Translations under genes and position numbers: made by a program
Source: Dudresnaya verticillata
Taxonomy: Eukaryota
Length of the DNA: 64,000 nucleotides
Direction: 5' to 3'
NCBI GenBank assembly: GCA_977862235.1
Contig: OZ374559.1
Coordinates: 1,302,001-1,366,000 of the forward strand
Part shown: positions 22,936 to 35,143 of the stretch, in pieces
Layout: every line of letters starts with the position of its first letter
Numbering within the stretch: the first letter of the stretch is position 1
The notes under the pieces: model-generated
What the model saw: the letters and a program-made list of their open reading frames with translations, nothing else
Told to the model about the DNA's origin: nothing
The model's database searches: none

Positions 22936-23686
22936 TGTGGCGCAAATCGCCTTGGCGCCCTGCTGAAGAATTCTTCATAATGCCGCCACCTGCGGCTCAC
23001 GCGACTGTGGACGACGGACGCACAGCGGCCGGTTCCTGCGGATCAACCGCTGTGCGGGTGATTGAGCTCAGAGCCAATTTCTATAATGAGCTCTGGCACC
23101 ACGCGCACGCACCAGCAATGCTAATGGGGAAATGCCTCTGTAAGGCGCCCGGCCTGACAGTACGCGGCGCCCTCTGCCAGCAAGGATGGCCCCGCAACGC
23201 GACAGCGCGTACACGCGCACACGTGCGCCCACTTGGCGCGCACCTTTCAGCCGCACTACCGCTAGGCTGACAGTTGATATTTTTAGATAATTATAGAATT
23301 GCGCGCGCCACGTAATGCCAAGTGGCGCGCCCCCTTCCCTTACTTTAATCCGCCACCAAGGCGCACCCGCCTCCTACATAGTATATTACGGCCCCGAGGT
23401 GCGCCCTCATACAGTAAACGGCTAAGCTTGGGCCCAGCGAGACGTACCCTCCTACCCTATCGACTTCCTCTTTAGGCTGGACTCCAGTACATCCGCTACC
23501 CTTCTTCATCGTACAGAATCCTGTTTTTCCTTCCTTCTAAGGAACCTCCCTTTTCTGTCTTTTGGTGTTTTACAGTCACACCAAGGGGCATTCCCCAGCT
23601 CTACCAACCAGCCCTCGCTACCCACGGGCCCCCGAACAGCCCGAGGTGTATCCTCTGTCGTTTCTTCCTCAGTGGATTGCACCACA
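22936..23686 (+). repeat. Element E 5' LTR (751 bp)
   Basis: About 10 substitutions and 2 indels (23 bp total) versus 34370-35143. Confidence 0.95.
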
Positions 23687-23688
23687 TT

Positions 23689-23706
23689 TGGTGTCCCGAC
23701 CTAGAA
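23689..23706 (+). promoter_or_regulatory. Element E primer-binding site
   Basis: TGGTGTCCCGACCTAGAA, 17/18 identical to the D and G PBS. Confidence 0.85.
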
Positions 23707-23791
23707 GTTCGGAAATTCCGATTAACCACGTTGCCTTCGTTACGGAACTACCGTTCTTCTAGTTCACACCTTTCCGCTGCAGTCATCCGGC

Positions 23792-26190
23792 ATGCCCACC
23801 CGTCGACAGCCGTCATCGGCAAGGTCTGTACCAACGCAGACCGCTGCTAATATGGTGACGCGTGCACGTGCGCAGGCCAGTCCTGCGGTCCAAGCCGCTT
23901 TTTCGGCAATACCCAATGAGGGGGTTTCTCGCGTCCCCCCTCGGTGGAGATCGTACCTCCTGGCCCAGCCGGGACTCTCCCGGCTGGCCAAGACCAAGGC
24001 GGGCAGCCGGCACCTCCGCCGCCGCTGCCCAATCCACCTCCGCCGATTTCGGCATCACTTCCACCTCCGGTGGAGCCACCCACAACCCAAGAGGAAGCAC
24101 CTCGCGTTGCCTTCATACACGGGACCACAATTCCCCGAAGTGCAATTCAAGAGGTTTGCCTCATGGAAGACCAGGCTTTTGCCGCCCGGCTGTCGCGCCA
24201 AATAACGGACAGCCTGGCTTTGGTCAACCAACGTGTTGACGAGGTTGGTGCTCGAATTGACCTCGTCCTGGAGAATCCTCCACAGAACAACCCGGACCTC
24301 GCCGTCGAGGTCCGCACACTTCGCGGAGACGTTAACCGCCTCCTCGAAACCTACGGGGCTACTCCCGCAAGGGGACCCCGTCCGGGTCCCCCAAGCCTAC
24401 CCGCGGAACTTCCGCTCGATGACCGCATTACGCGGATTGCCGACCGCTTGGAGCGACTAGAGGGCATATGCCTCAACGAGCGCGAATTGCCAGTGCATCC
24501 CGATAGCCGGGGAGCGAACCGACGACAAGTCGAATTCGACAATCGCCATCGACAAGGGGACACATACCCTAAGGACAGTTGCCCATACGGGTGTGCGGAC
24601 CACCCGCATGATGACGATTATCGTCAAGAACGCCGAGAAGAACGGCGTCAAAGCCGGCATCGTAACACAACGCGGAATACCCGCAGTCGCCGCCACCATC
24701 TTCACGGCTACGGAAGTTCCTCCAGGTCGGCTTCCGACAATTCGGACTCAGACCGCTCCGATGGAGAAGTTTGGGGAAATCCCCGTCGCGACAATGGTAC
24801 ACGACGCAAGGGGCCGCGGTACAAGCACCTCAAGGAGCTGAAACCAACGAACCCCTTGTACGACCAATTGCTGTCCTACAGGCACTACCGCCTACAGAAT
24901 ACGGAACAATCCCGTACAAGCCGACAGAGCGACAAGATCAAGGACCAGATCAAAAGACTGGAGTTAACCATGAAGGATTGTTCCTTTAATGGGGAAGACC
25001 CCGTGTTGATTTTGGAGTTTCTCTCCAGGCTAGTCGACGAGGCCGACACTCTCGACATGTCGGAAGCGCAGGCGTTCATCGCCTTGCCCTACTTCTTACG
25101 CGGAAATGCCGCTACTCAATTTCGTTCCGTCAAGGCTGCTCCGTCCCGTTCCAATGGAGGAGTATCCTCATGGCCGGAAGCTGTGCAGTATCTTCTGCGA
25201 ACATATGCGACACCGAGCGCACTGCATGAGGCAATCCTCGAGCTCCGTGCCCTCCGGCAGAACGCTGGCGAATCGGAAACACGCTTCGGGATGCGAGTCT
25301 CGAAAGCGTGTAACCGATGTGGCAATGTCCACAAGGAATGGGAGAAGATGACGTACTTCATCGACGGCCTCGACCCGAGCATCCGCTCGCTGGTCGCCCG
25401 GTATCGAGAGGAAACTCCTCGTCATGAATTGTCGTTTGAACGACTAGTGCATTATGCACAAGATGAAGGTGAAGCTCACCGTGGAAGAAGTCGCGCACTA
25501 CGCGCTGGACAAGACCAACTCGCGGGCCGCACCGCAACTACAGGAGGACGTCGTCCAGGACGTGGAAATTCCGCTATGATGGCTGAGTCTTCTATCGAAT
25601 TCCGAGACGGAAGTGGAGTTCCACGTAGGCAGGTGGGCGAGCAGGATGCCGAGGTGCACCTTTTGTACCCAGACGCGGCACTGCTGTCGTCCGACCCACC
25701 TACCGGCTCACAAGTAGAATCCTACGGAAGCGAAGATAACGCGCTTCTCATGCGCACTTGTCAAGTCCCGGCCCCACGCATTCCATACCAGGAGCATTCA
25801 CCTGGTATGACACGCGCACGGCCGGGCTGGCAAGATAGGGGAAATCCCCAAAGAAACTTCGGTCCAAAGCAGACAATCATCTGTCACATTTGCTACAAGC
25901 CTGGGCATGTCTCGCCAGAATGCTTCTTAGCATGGAAGGACTACCTGAGGATTATCCTCAATTATGAATCGCTCAGTGCGGTCGACCGCGAGCGCGTGCC
26001 GGCTACGTCTTACATGAAGGCGAAAGCACAGGCACAATACGACGAGGCAAGTCCTCAAGGTCGACCCCAGGGACCGCCCACTGTGGTACCCCACACTAGC
26101 GAACGCCACCCACAGGCGTTCGCGCCCGTCGGACAGCCCCCTGCGAATGGGCGCGACGGACGAGCGGACATCCGCAATTCGGAAAACTAA
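23792..26190 (+). pseudogene. gag: Element E gag, one frameshift near 23940
   Basis: ATG 23792 frame switches to the 23944..26190 frame. SYRHYRL, FNGEDP, CHICYKPGHVSPEC. Confidence 0.85.
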
Positions 26191-29100
26191 TCAGGGTCAT
26201 ACCCCCTTCGACTGGGGAACGTCAACCGGAAACATTTCCGATCGACGTTCAAGGGTCACGACCCGACAAGAAGGAGGATATAACTCCAAAGACCATACTG
26301 CAGAACCCTGCAAGGACTAATCGGACCTCGGCTTCGCCACCAATGGCTGGATTACGCAGGCCCTGGCACCGGTACCGTCCACCGCATGCACAAGGCGAAC
26401 TGATGATAGCGGCAAAGCGCAACTTTAAAGTCTACGCAGATACGGGTTTACACCCAAGCTACCTATCGCGTAAACTTACTGTGCTAGATACCGGTGCCGG
26501 TCCCAACTTTATCAGAAAATCTGAACTACCACCTCAAGCGGAATCCCGCATTCGAGACGGGGACATCCCCACCATCAGCGACGCCAACAATAGGCCGTTG
26601 CAAACATCCGGCGTCATCGCCTTGGTCGTTCGACTGGGCGACCGCATTGTCAAACATGACTTCATAGTCTGCGAGAGACTCGCCGCCCCGGTCATCCTCG
26701 GATGTGACTTCTGCGATCGTTTCGTAGAAGCCATCTACCCGAGGAGCCGTGAAGTCGAACTCGACAATGGGACTCGCGTGCCGATTACGCGGCGACCATT
26801 GAAGCGACCGCCCACGGCTCCGCCACTACCTGATGATCAGGAGTATGAGCCACTACGAGGCCATACCTCAACAAAAATACGCGTAGCGGGACGAACCGTA
26901 ATCCCAGCCCAAGCGCAAAAGTGGGTTTCAATAACCACAGAACGCGCGGGGCTGATTTGCCTTCAGCCCTACGACAAGCCGTATCACCGGCAAGGAATCA
27001 TCGCAACGAATGGAATAGCCCATGTTGAACCAAAGCGGCCGTTCCGCATTCTAGTCGCGAACTTCACCACGCACGACCAAGTTCTTCCTAAGAACCAGGT
27101 CGTCGCGACCGCCCTCCCGCACCCCACCGCCGTGGTGCCCAGTCCCATCCGGCTGGCGGACGTGCTTGGGTTGGCTGACTTAGCGGACGATACCGCAACA
27201 AGATCCCAACGACTGGGACGACTGTCGAATACGACAAACAAAGGTGACGCTCACGCGAAGACCCTTGAAGCTGAAAACGAACCCCCACCTTCGGTGAACG
27301 ACGTGGATTTATCCCACCTGACGGAGAATCACGCCGAGCGCGTGCGGCAATTTCTTGGTAGGTTTTCTACAATGTGGGATGGTTCACTAGGTGAAATCAC
27401 CACTACGGAACATCACATGGATATGATTCCGGGTACGAGGCCGTTCTCGTGCCCACCCTATCGGGCGGGCCCGAAGCAACGCCAAGTGGAACAAGCGGAA
27501 GTTGACCGCATGCTACGAGCTGGCGTCATAGAACCGGCACAATCTCCCTGGGCGTCTCCAGTTGTTTTGGTGCCTAAAAAGGACGGTACCTTAAGATTCT
27601 GTGTCGATTACCGACGTTTAAATGCCGCGACCGTTCGGGATACATACCCGTTGCCTCGCATCGACGAATGTATCGATTCACTCGGCGAAGCAAACGTCTT
27701 CACTACTAGCTCGATTGCAACTCGGGGTATTGGCAAATCCCCATCAACGGTCGCGATCGTGACAAAAACCACGTTTACATGCCATGCGGGAACCTTCCGC
27801 TACAAGCGAATGCCATTTGGCCTTACCAATGTGCCCGCTACTTTCCAGCGGACCCTGGATATACTGCTCTCAGGTTTCAAGTAGCAGACATGCCTCGTTT
27901 ACTTGGACGATGTTATCATCTACTCCAAGGACGTGGAATCCCACTTTAAGCACGTCGAGCAGATCCTGACTGCATTGGACCAAGCCGGGGTTACCCTCAA
28001 ACTGAAGAAATGTGACTTATTCACAAACACCGTCAACTACTTGGGCCATATCATTCGCCCCGGCGAACTGCGGGTCGACCCAACAGTCACTGCGGCCCTC
28101 CGCAAAGCGAAACACCCACGTACACAAACGGAATTGAGGTCTTTCCTCGGATTGTGTAACGTTTATAGGAGGTTTGTCCCCAATTACTCTCACGTGGCAG
28201 GACCACTGAACCGGCTCCTCAAAAAGGATCACCCGGACAATATTGAGTCGCTCGATGACAACCAAGAGGCCGCGTTCCAGACGCTGATCAAAGCTGTCAC
28301 GGAACCACCGGTACTATCTCTGCCAAAACCTGGCTTGCCTTACTCTGTCGATACCGACGCGTCGAATTACCAGGTCGGCTGTGCCTTATTCCAAACGCAC
28401 ACCGACGGTACGAGGAAACCCCTCGGGTACTGGTCACGTTCTCTGCAAGCCGCCGAAGAGAATTACTCGGTTTCCGAGAAGGAGTGTTTGGCATTGGTGT
28501 GGGCTGTTACCACTTTACGGCCCTACCTACAAATGGAAAAGTTTACCATACACACCGATCACTCCTCCCTTCGTTGGCTAATGGAGATTAACGATCCCTC
28601 CGGGCGCCTTATGCGCTGGCGCCTACGCATGTCGGAATTCGACTTTGACGTCCGCTACAAGAAGGGACGCATCAACACCCAAGCGGACGCCCTTTCGCGT
28701 CTTCAAACGCTTGGCGAAACCCAAGTCGATATCGACGACGAAATTCCGTGTTTCCACGTTGAGGCGGATGCTCTTTCAACCTGCGCCGTTTGCGATAATG
28801 AGGAATTCCTCGAATTGGACAACGAAGTCTCCGACCAACTCCTTCTGGCGAATCCGCCGTCAAACCAACCTGAGCTCCTGCGCCCAATCACGACAGAAGA
28901 GATTCTTCAAACGCCGATGCTTTCTGCACCTCCCTGCGTTCTCGTCTTAACGGGGGGCTTACCTTTCGCGCTGGACGAGACAGGAGTCCTCATTCGCACA
29001 CGAGAGGCACTTCCTCAAATTGTGATACCATTCACTCTTCGCGCACGTGTGCTACATTTGACACACTTCCCAAAACTATCCGGACATCCCGGTGGGCGCA

Positions 29101-31409
29101 AGATGTATTACTCACTCCGTAGATCATTCTACTGGCCTTCCATGGCTGTGGACTGTTACGCCACCGTACGAAACTGCACAACCTGTGCACGCAATCGCGT
29201 TATGCTACGCCGTAATACAAAGCACATGAAGCTGTTTCCAGCAAAAGCACCCCTGGAGTTTGTCTCCATCGACATCTATGGCGAACTGATTCGCACGAAA
29301 CGAGGCAATCGCTTCCTCTTGGTCATCACAGACCGTTTCTCCAAACTCGTTCGGCAGTTCCGATGAAGAAGATTACGGCTGCGAAAGTTGCCGAAGCGTT
29401 CATTACGCATTGGGTCTACGTCTATGGACCCCCGTTGTACCTACTATCGGATAATGGCGGACAATTTGCCGCAAAGTTGTTTCAGTCGTTATGTGGAACG
29501 TTGGGGATCAAAAACCTCTTTACTACAACCTATCACCCCCAATGCAATGGGCAGGTTGAGCGGTTCAACCGCACAATGCGCGCCGCGCTACTGCACTACG
29601 TTGCGGACCACCCGCGTGAATGGGATTTATTCTCAGATACCATCACCTACGCGTACAATACGCAAGTTCATTCTACCACGAACCTGGCCCCCTTCCAGCT
29701 GGTACTTTCCAGACCTCCACCCGCTCTAAGCGTCGAGGCACATCCCTCACTGGAGCCAGTGCCGAGTTCGGCTACATTCCACGCCAAGTGGCAGTCCTGG
29801 CTCACAGGACTACTGTCAACGGCCACGAAAGGCGTTGACCAGACCCAAGCGCGATACAAACGCAATTTAGATAATCGGGTACGTCCCTCACGCGACGTCA
29901 TCGGAGTAGACTCCTACGTCTACGTACGCAAGGAGTACTATGGGAAGGATACCCCAAAACACAAACTGGCGCCTATCGCCGACGGCCCCTATCGCGTGAG
30001 TGACGCAAATGATAAGACGGTCACCGTCGAGAAGGACGGGCCTGAATACGAGCGGATTTCCCGCGACAGAGTCGTGTTGGCACCCGCCCCACCAAGGGAC
30101 GCGGCCAACCAAGCCAACGCCCAAGGGACGGCAGATCCGATAGATGCGGAATTACCGCCAACAAATGATCCCAACAATGATCATACTCAGGCACAGTACC
30201 CCGTCGGAGCTACTGTGTCTCACGGGGAAAATGCCCCAATTACTTTTCATGCTGTGGCACCAGCCATACAACCACGCAACGATCGCGGGTTGGCGGATTT
30301 ACCGCCGCCCGTAGTACCCGGACGCACCGCTGGCGTCCGCACGCGGACTACCGCAATTCACTCACCACCCACCACACGCGCTGCCGCCGCCGCTTCCACT
30401 CCAACTCCTGCTCACGCAAGTTCGGAGCCGGAACCCAGGCCAGCGAACGACGCCCTCGCAAATGGGCACCCCATCGCGGATCAACCGCACGCTGTCCCAG
30501 AAGGCACCAAGGCCGTCAACGGTACAGTAGAGGGAATTCCTCACGATACCTCACCAAAGACACCAGCGATATCGCCCGACGACCACCACTCGGAGGAAAC
30601 TTCTCGTCAACGGCAACTCGCGCAGAATACCGGCATAACCGCCTCCCAGGAGAATACTCCACAAGAAGCAGCAACGCGGGACATAATCCGCAAAGTCTCG
30701 CCTATTCGTCGGATAACGGAAGACCTCGAGCCACACCCATCCGGGACACTACATGCCCATCGCCTGACACCTGCCGCAAACTCGGCTGACATCAATCAGG
30801 TGGATGAGTCACGGCCCCACAGTAAGGCTGAAACCCTACCCGCCGACGGGAAGGGCCCCGCTCCTGAAGGAGAAACACGCGATGTGTCACCAGACGCGTC
30901 TAGAACGCAAGACAACCACAACGAGAATTCTCCACGCCCACCAAGAAAGAGCGTCACGTTCGACGACACCATTAGGGAAATCCCTACGCGGCCTCTCGTG
31001 AGCCGGGGCCTCGGATCAGAAGCGGCAGGCCGCAATCAAGCTGCAACCGTGACCTGGCACGCCAAGCCCCAGACGGAGTCGCCGTATTGCTGCCGTCGCG
31101 CCACGCGCGTCGCAGCTAGGCCCTCAGCAAGAGGATCCACCTCAAGCACCGGCGCCAGATGACACCCTGTCATCAGGGCATCGACACAATGGAGATACTC
31201 CGCCACGTGACGAGTATGTCATCGAAAAAGTGGTGAACCACAGTTATGATAATACAGAGCTTCTGTTCGAAGTGAAATGGTACGGGTACCCGTCATCCCA
31301 AAATACGTGGGAGTCCATACAGCACCTCCCCCGGAGCCAAGTCATCTCCTACTGTAAAAGGAGACGCCTCGGCGTCCCCGCCACTATTACCAAGGCCATG
31401 GTGGGCTAG
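26181..31409 (+). pseudogene. pol: Element E pol, disrupted
   Basis: LDTGAG, YLDD, DTDAS, integrase, chromodomain (31209-31409, DEYVIEKVVNH..KWYGY). Lesions: compensated frameshifts ~27708-27770 and ~28910-28957, TAG at 27882, frameshifts ~29355 and before the chromodomain. Confidence 0.92.
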
Positions 31410-32582
31410 TCCCCAAGACAGCAAGCGTGCAGACGTCTGCTAACTCACAAATGGAGTGGACATACCACATTGAAGAGTCGGGCCCAAGAGTCGATGCTAC
31501 AGTAGTTGGCGCAAGTACAATGGGACTACTGTACACCACGGTATGGCATCTTATTGGTCGGACGAGATATTAATTATCGCAGCGCCAATCGGATATTCCC
31601 TACGCGCGCCCGCTGACCCTAGCGGTCTGCCGCAAGCTATCGCCATCGTCACTCCCGAAGTCGAATGCGACTAAGTCAATAACGCGAGCAAGCACAAAAC
31701 GGAATTCCGTAACTACTGCTCCAACCCATCAATAGCCTTGAGCGCCCGCTCTCCCATGCGAAGGGGAACGCCTCGACTCAGGTTGTACACGAAAAGCGGA
31801 ATTCCGCATCACGGGACACTCGTGTCCAAAAACAACGCAACGCTTCCGACCCCGCTCATATGAGGCGCCCCACAACGCCCTTATCGGCAAACGCAAATGG
31901 GGAACACCCCTGTACGGACTGTAGCACAGCGCAGTCGGCGCAGTACGCCCCGCAGCTGCCGCCAAAGCCGTCCACGGCAGATTCTGCCAAGAGCACTCAC
32001 GCTTATAACGGAACTCCGTAATCTTCGTGCCGATACCGTCACGAATGGGCCCGCAAACCCAAAGGCAATTATGCCTCACATGGGATTCGGTAACCCCTAC
32101 CGTGTATCGTCGATTGCCTCAGGCATCGGCTCCCCCATTTGAAAGGGGATGCCTTCACCTAGGCCGCATACGAAAAGTGGAATGCCACATCATTGGGCGC
32201 ACGTATCGGATCCGACGCGAAGCCCCCTACCTCACTACGATGTGGTGCCCCACGAAATCCCTTTTATGCCCAGAAAATGGGGAACACCCCTACAAAGGCC
32301 ACAGCCACCTACTGTAGCCACCTCCCCGTTGTCTACGGCAGACGCTATAACAGCAATTATGCTGAAACGGAAATCCGTAAACACTGACCACGAGCCACTG
32401 GCGAACTGGTGTACCCCTGACTCAACGATAAGGGGGTACCTCCGCCTGCGTGTGCCCATGCGGCACCTACCGCCGCAAACGTTCGAGACAAGTGGTATTC
32501 CACACAACCGAAAATCCGCGCCACATCCCCCCTCGGCGCTCCTACAGTGGGCAGGCCATTGTTCGCGTGGCATTCCACTTAT

Positions 32583-34184
32583 CTAGACGGGCTGGATCTC
32601 CTCGTCGCTGCCGCGGATGGCAACCTCGGGAATTCCCGTCCTACGCAAATAGCCGATTACGGCAATCCGCTGACTAAAGCTCAACCTCACACGACGAGCG
32701 CGAGGCTGGCCCACGGGGTCGGGCGACGGTGGACGAATGGCTGGCGGCCGAACGATCGGAACGCTCGCAATCACAGGGCCGCTGCCGTCGCCACTTGCCT
32801 CACCCGTTTCGGCCGACGTTCCCGCCGCCCCGCTCGGAGCCTCATCAGCCGGCACTGTCGCAACCGGGCATCCCTCACCAACCGGCGCGTCGACCGTCAT
32901 CGTGTCATCATCGGGGATTTCCCCATTACTGCCCGCGTCGGAGGACCGTTCCTCATAATCCGACTCCGCAATGCCACCCGCCTCGGGGTCCACCAGGTAG
33001 CCTCGCGGCTGACCAGGCGGCATCGAACGCGGGTGGCTACGTAACCAAGCGGCACGGCCCGCAGCGACGAAAGTGCGTGTCCAAGGGTCAAACCATGCCC
33101 AATCGCCGCAAGACGGGTGACGACGCCCAGGCGAGAAATTGGTCGATGAGGAACTCCTCTTGTTGTTGCACAGAGGGACCCTGTGATCGTCTTGGTCCCA
33201 ATCAACCTGGGTATAAAACCCCATCAGTACGCGGAATTCCGCTTCATTGTTAAGTCCGCCGAGGACAATCCTCAAGTCCAACTGGGCAAAGAGCGTCAGG
33301 ACTGTGGGAGATACGTACCACATGCGGTACGTATCATACAATTCCCATAGCCACTGCACAGCCGTTTTCGCCACGAACTCCGTGTAGTACACGGTCCACA
33401 ATCCCGACTGCGGGTAGCCGATAACGGATGACATGGTGTAACTCACCGCGGGGGACAACGCGACGAGGAAACCCTCACAACACTGCACCAAGCCCCACTG
33501 TGGGACGGGCAGCCGCACATAACATCGATCACGATAAGTGCGATGGATTGCGTCGATTTCGACATTCGGGTAGGGCACCAGGAAGCCCAGACGGGAGCGA
33601 GCGCGACGCTCCCAACGAATCTTGTCCCAGTATGCGTTGTTCTCGCGTTTGCGCACAAAGCGGAATTCCGCACGAAGCTGCACGCCAAGTAACAGTGCCG
33701 ACTGGCGCACCCGAGGCTCGACCCCATCCCACGCGTGCGGAATGGGGAGGTTCTCAAGGGCATCAGCATAGGGGATTTCCCCAACGGTGCGGTAGACGCC
33801 AAGGTCAAGCCAGTAACCGTGCGGTATGACCACCCGACAAGGAGTGCGGGAAAGCCGCTGGAAGACCAAGCGGACATACCGCAACCTTGCCTTGCGCATG
33901 TCCTCCCCGCCGTGACGGCGGATCCAATCTGGACGAATGGCGCCATGCCGCCGCCAGTCAGGCGTCCTTAATACGCGCAGGGGAAGCTCCCCAGGAAGGA
34001 AACCGTCTTCCGAAACATACTGCTCGATGAGGGCATGGTTCCCGAAATTATTGTGGAACATCCACGGAGCGTTCGCGAACTCAACCAGGTCGCGCCAAGG
34101 CGTTTTGCCTTCAAACTCGGCCGGCGTTGGATAAGATGCAGATGTCTGCGGGGCGCGCAACAGCACGCGGTCAAGCTCCGCCAT
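32583..34184 (-). CDS. Element E antisense accessory ORF, unknown function (533 aa from ATG 34184; 609 aa from an ATG in the 3' LTR at 34412)
   Basis: Long open frame rich in W/Y/F with globular-looking composition. Colinear similarity to the antisense ORFs of C and G. Confidence 0.85.
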   Translation of the reverse strand: MAELDRVLLRAPQTSASYPTPAEFEGKTPWRDLVEFANAPWMFHNNFGNHALIEQYVSEDGFLPGELPLRVLRTPDWRRHGAIRPDWIRRHGGEDMRKARLRYVRLVFQRLSRTPCRVVIPHGYWLDLGVYRTVGEIPYADALENLPIPHAWDGVEPRVRQSALLLGVQLRAEFRFVRKRENNAYWDKIRWERRARSRLGFLVPYPNVEIDAIHRTYRDRCYVRLPVPQWGLVQCCEGFLVALSPAVSYTMSSVIGYPQSGLWTVYYTEFVAKTAVQWLWELYDTYRMWYVSPTVLTLFAQLDLRIVLGGLNNEAEFRVLMGFYTQVDWDQDDHRVPLCNNKRSSSSTNFSPGRRHPSCGDWAWFDPWTRTFVAAGRAAWLRSHPRSMPPGQPRGYLVDPEAGGIAESDYEERSSDAGSNGEIPDDDTMTVDAPVGEGCPVATVPADEAPSGAAGTSAETGEASGDGSGPVIASVPIVRPPAIRPPSPDPVGQPRARRVRLSFSQRIAVIGYLRRTGIPEVAIRGSDEEIQPV

Positions 34185-34353
34185 TGAAAAGTTCGGCGGT
34201 ATTGTCCGACGTAGGATGCCGCGGAACGGGGGCGCGACGCGGGACTCCGCAAGATAAAACACGCTGCCACCACTGCAGCGCTGGAAACAGACACCGCAGC
34301 TCCAACCTGCGAAGGATAAGTCTGCTCGTGTGGGCTCGTGCGGGTACTCGCCG

Positions 34354-34369
34354 CTTAACGGGGGGGAGA
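34354..34369 (+). promoter_or_regulatory. Element E polypurine tract
   Basis: CTTAACGGGGGGGAGA abutting the TG of the 3' LTR. Confidence 0.85.
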
Positions 34370-35143
34370 TGTGGCGCAAATCACCTTGGCGCCCTGCTGA
34401 AGAATTCTTCATAATGCCGCCACCTGCGGCTCACGCGACTGCGGACGACGGACGCACAGCGGCCGGTTCCTGCGGATCAACCGCTGTGCGGGTGATTGAG
34501 CTCAGAGCCAATTTCTATAATGAGTTCTGGCACCACGCGCACGCACCAGCAATGCTAATGGGGAAATGCCTCTGTAAGGCGCCCGGCTTGACAGTACGCG
34601 GCGCCCTCTGCCAGCAAGGATGGCCCCGCAACGCGACAGCGCGTACACGCGCACACGTGCGCCCACTTGGCGCGCACCTTTCAGCCGCACTACCGCTAGG
34701 CTGACAGTTGATATTTTTAGATAATTATAGAATTGCGCGCGCCACGTAATGCCAAGTGGCGCGCCCTCTTCCCTTACTTTAATCCGCCACCACGGCGCAC
34801 CCGCCTCCTACATAGTATATTAAGGCCCCGAGGTGCGCCCTCATACAGTAAACGGCTAAGCTTGGGCCCAGCGAGACGTACCCTCCTACCCTATCGACTT
34901 CCTCTTTAGGCTGGACTCCAGTACATCCGCTACCCTTCTTCATCGTACAGAGTCCTGTTTTTCCTTTATTTTCTCTTGTTTTTTTCTTCCTTCTAAGGAA
35001 CCTCTTTTTTTCTGTCTTTTGGTGTTTTACAGTCACACCAAGGGGCATTCCCCAGCTCTACCAACCAGCCCTCGCTACCCACGGGCCCCCGAACAGCCCG
35101 AGGTGTATCCTCTGTCGTTTCTTCCTCAGTGGATTGCACCACA
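34370..35143 (+). repeat. Element E 3' LTR (774 bp)
   Basis: Direct repeat of 22936-23686. Confidence 0.95.

Larger units (their letters stand above)
22936..35143 (+). mobile_element. Element E: full-length (12.2 kb) chromodomain Ty3/gypsy retrotransposon, decayed gag-pol, open antisense ORF
   Basis: TSD CACCG (22931-22935, 35144-35148). LTRs TGTGGCGCAA...TTGCACCACA. PBS and PPT present. Confidence 0.96.

Noticed and set aside
27700..28960. Compensated frameshift pairs in E pol as programmed recoding
   Set aside because: They scramble conserved RT and integrase-proximal motifs that are intact in G, so decay or sequencing error is more likely. Some homopolymer frameshifts in E and G may also be assembly errors.
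32583..34412. Extra ORF as a retroviral env gene
   Set aside because: It is antisense, and I see no signal peptide or convincing transmembrane anchor.
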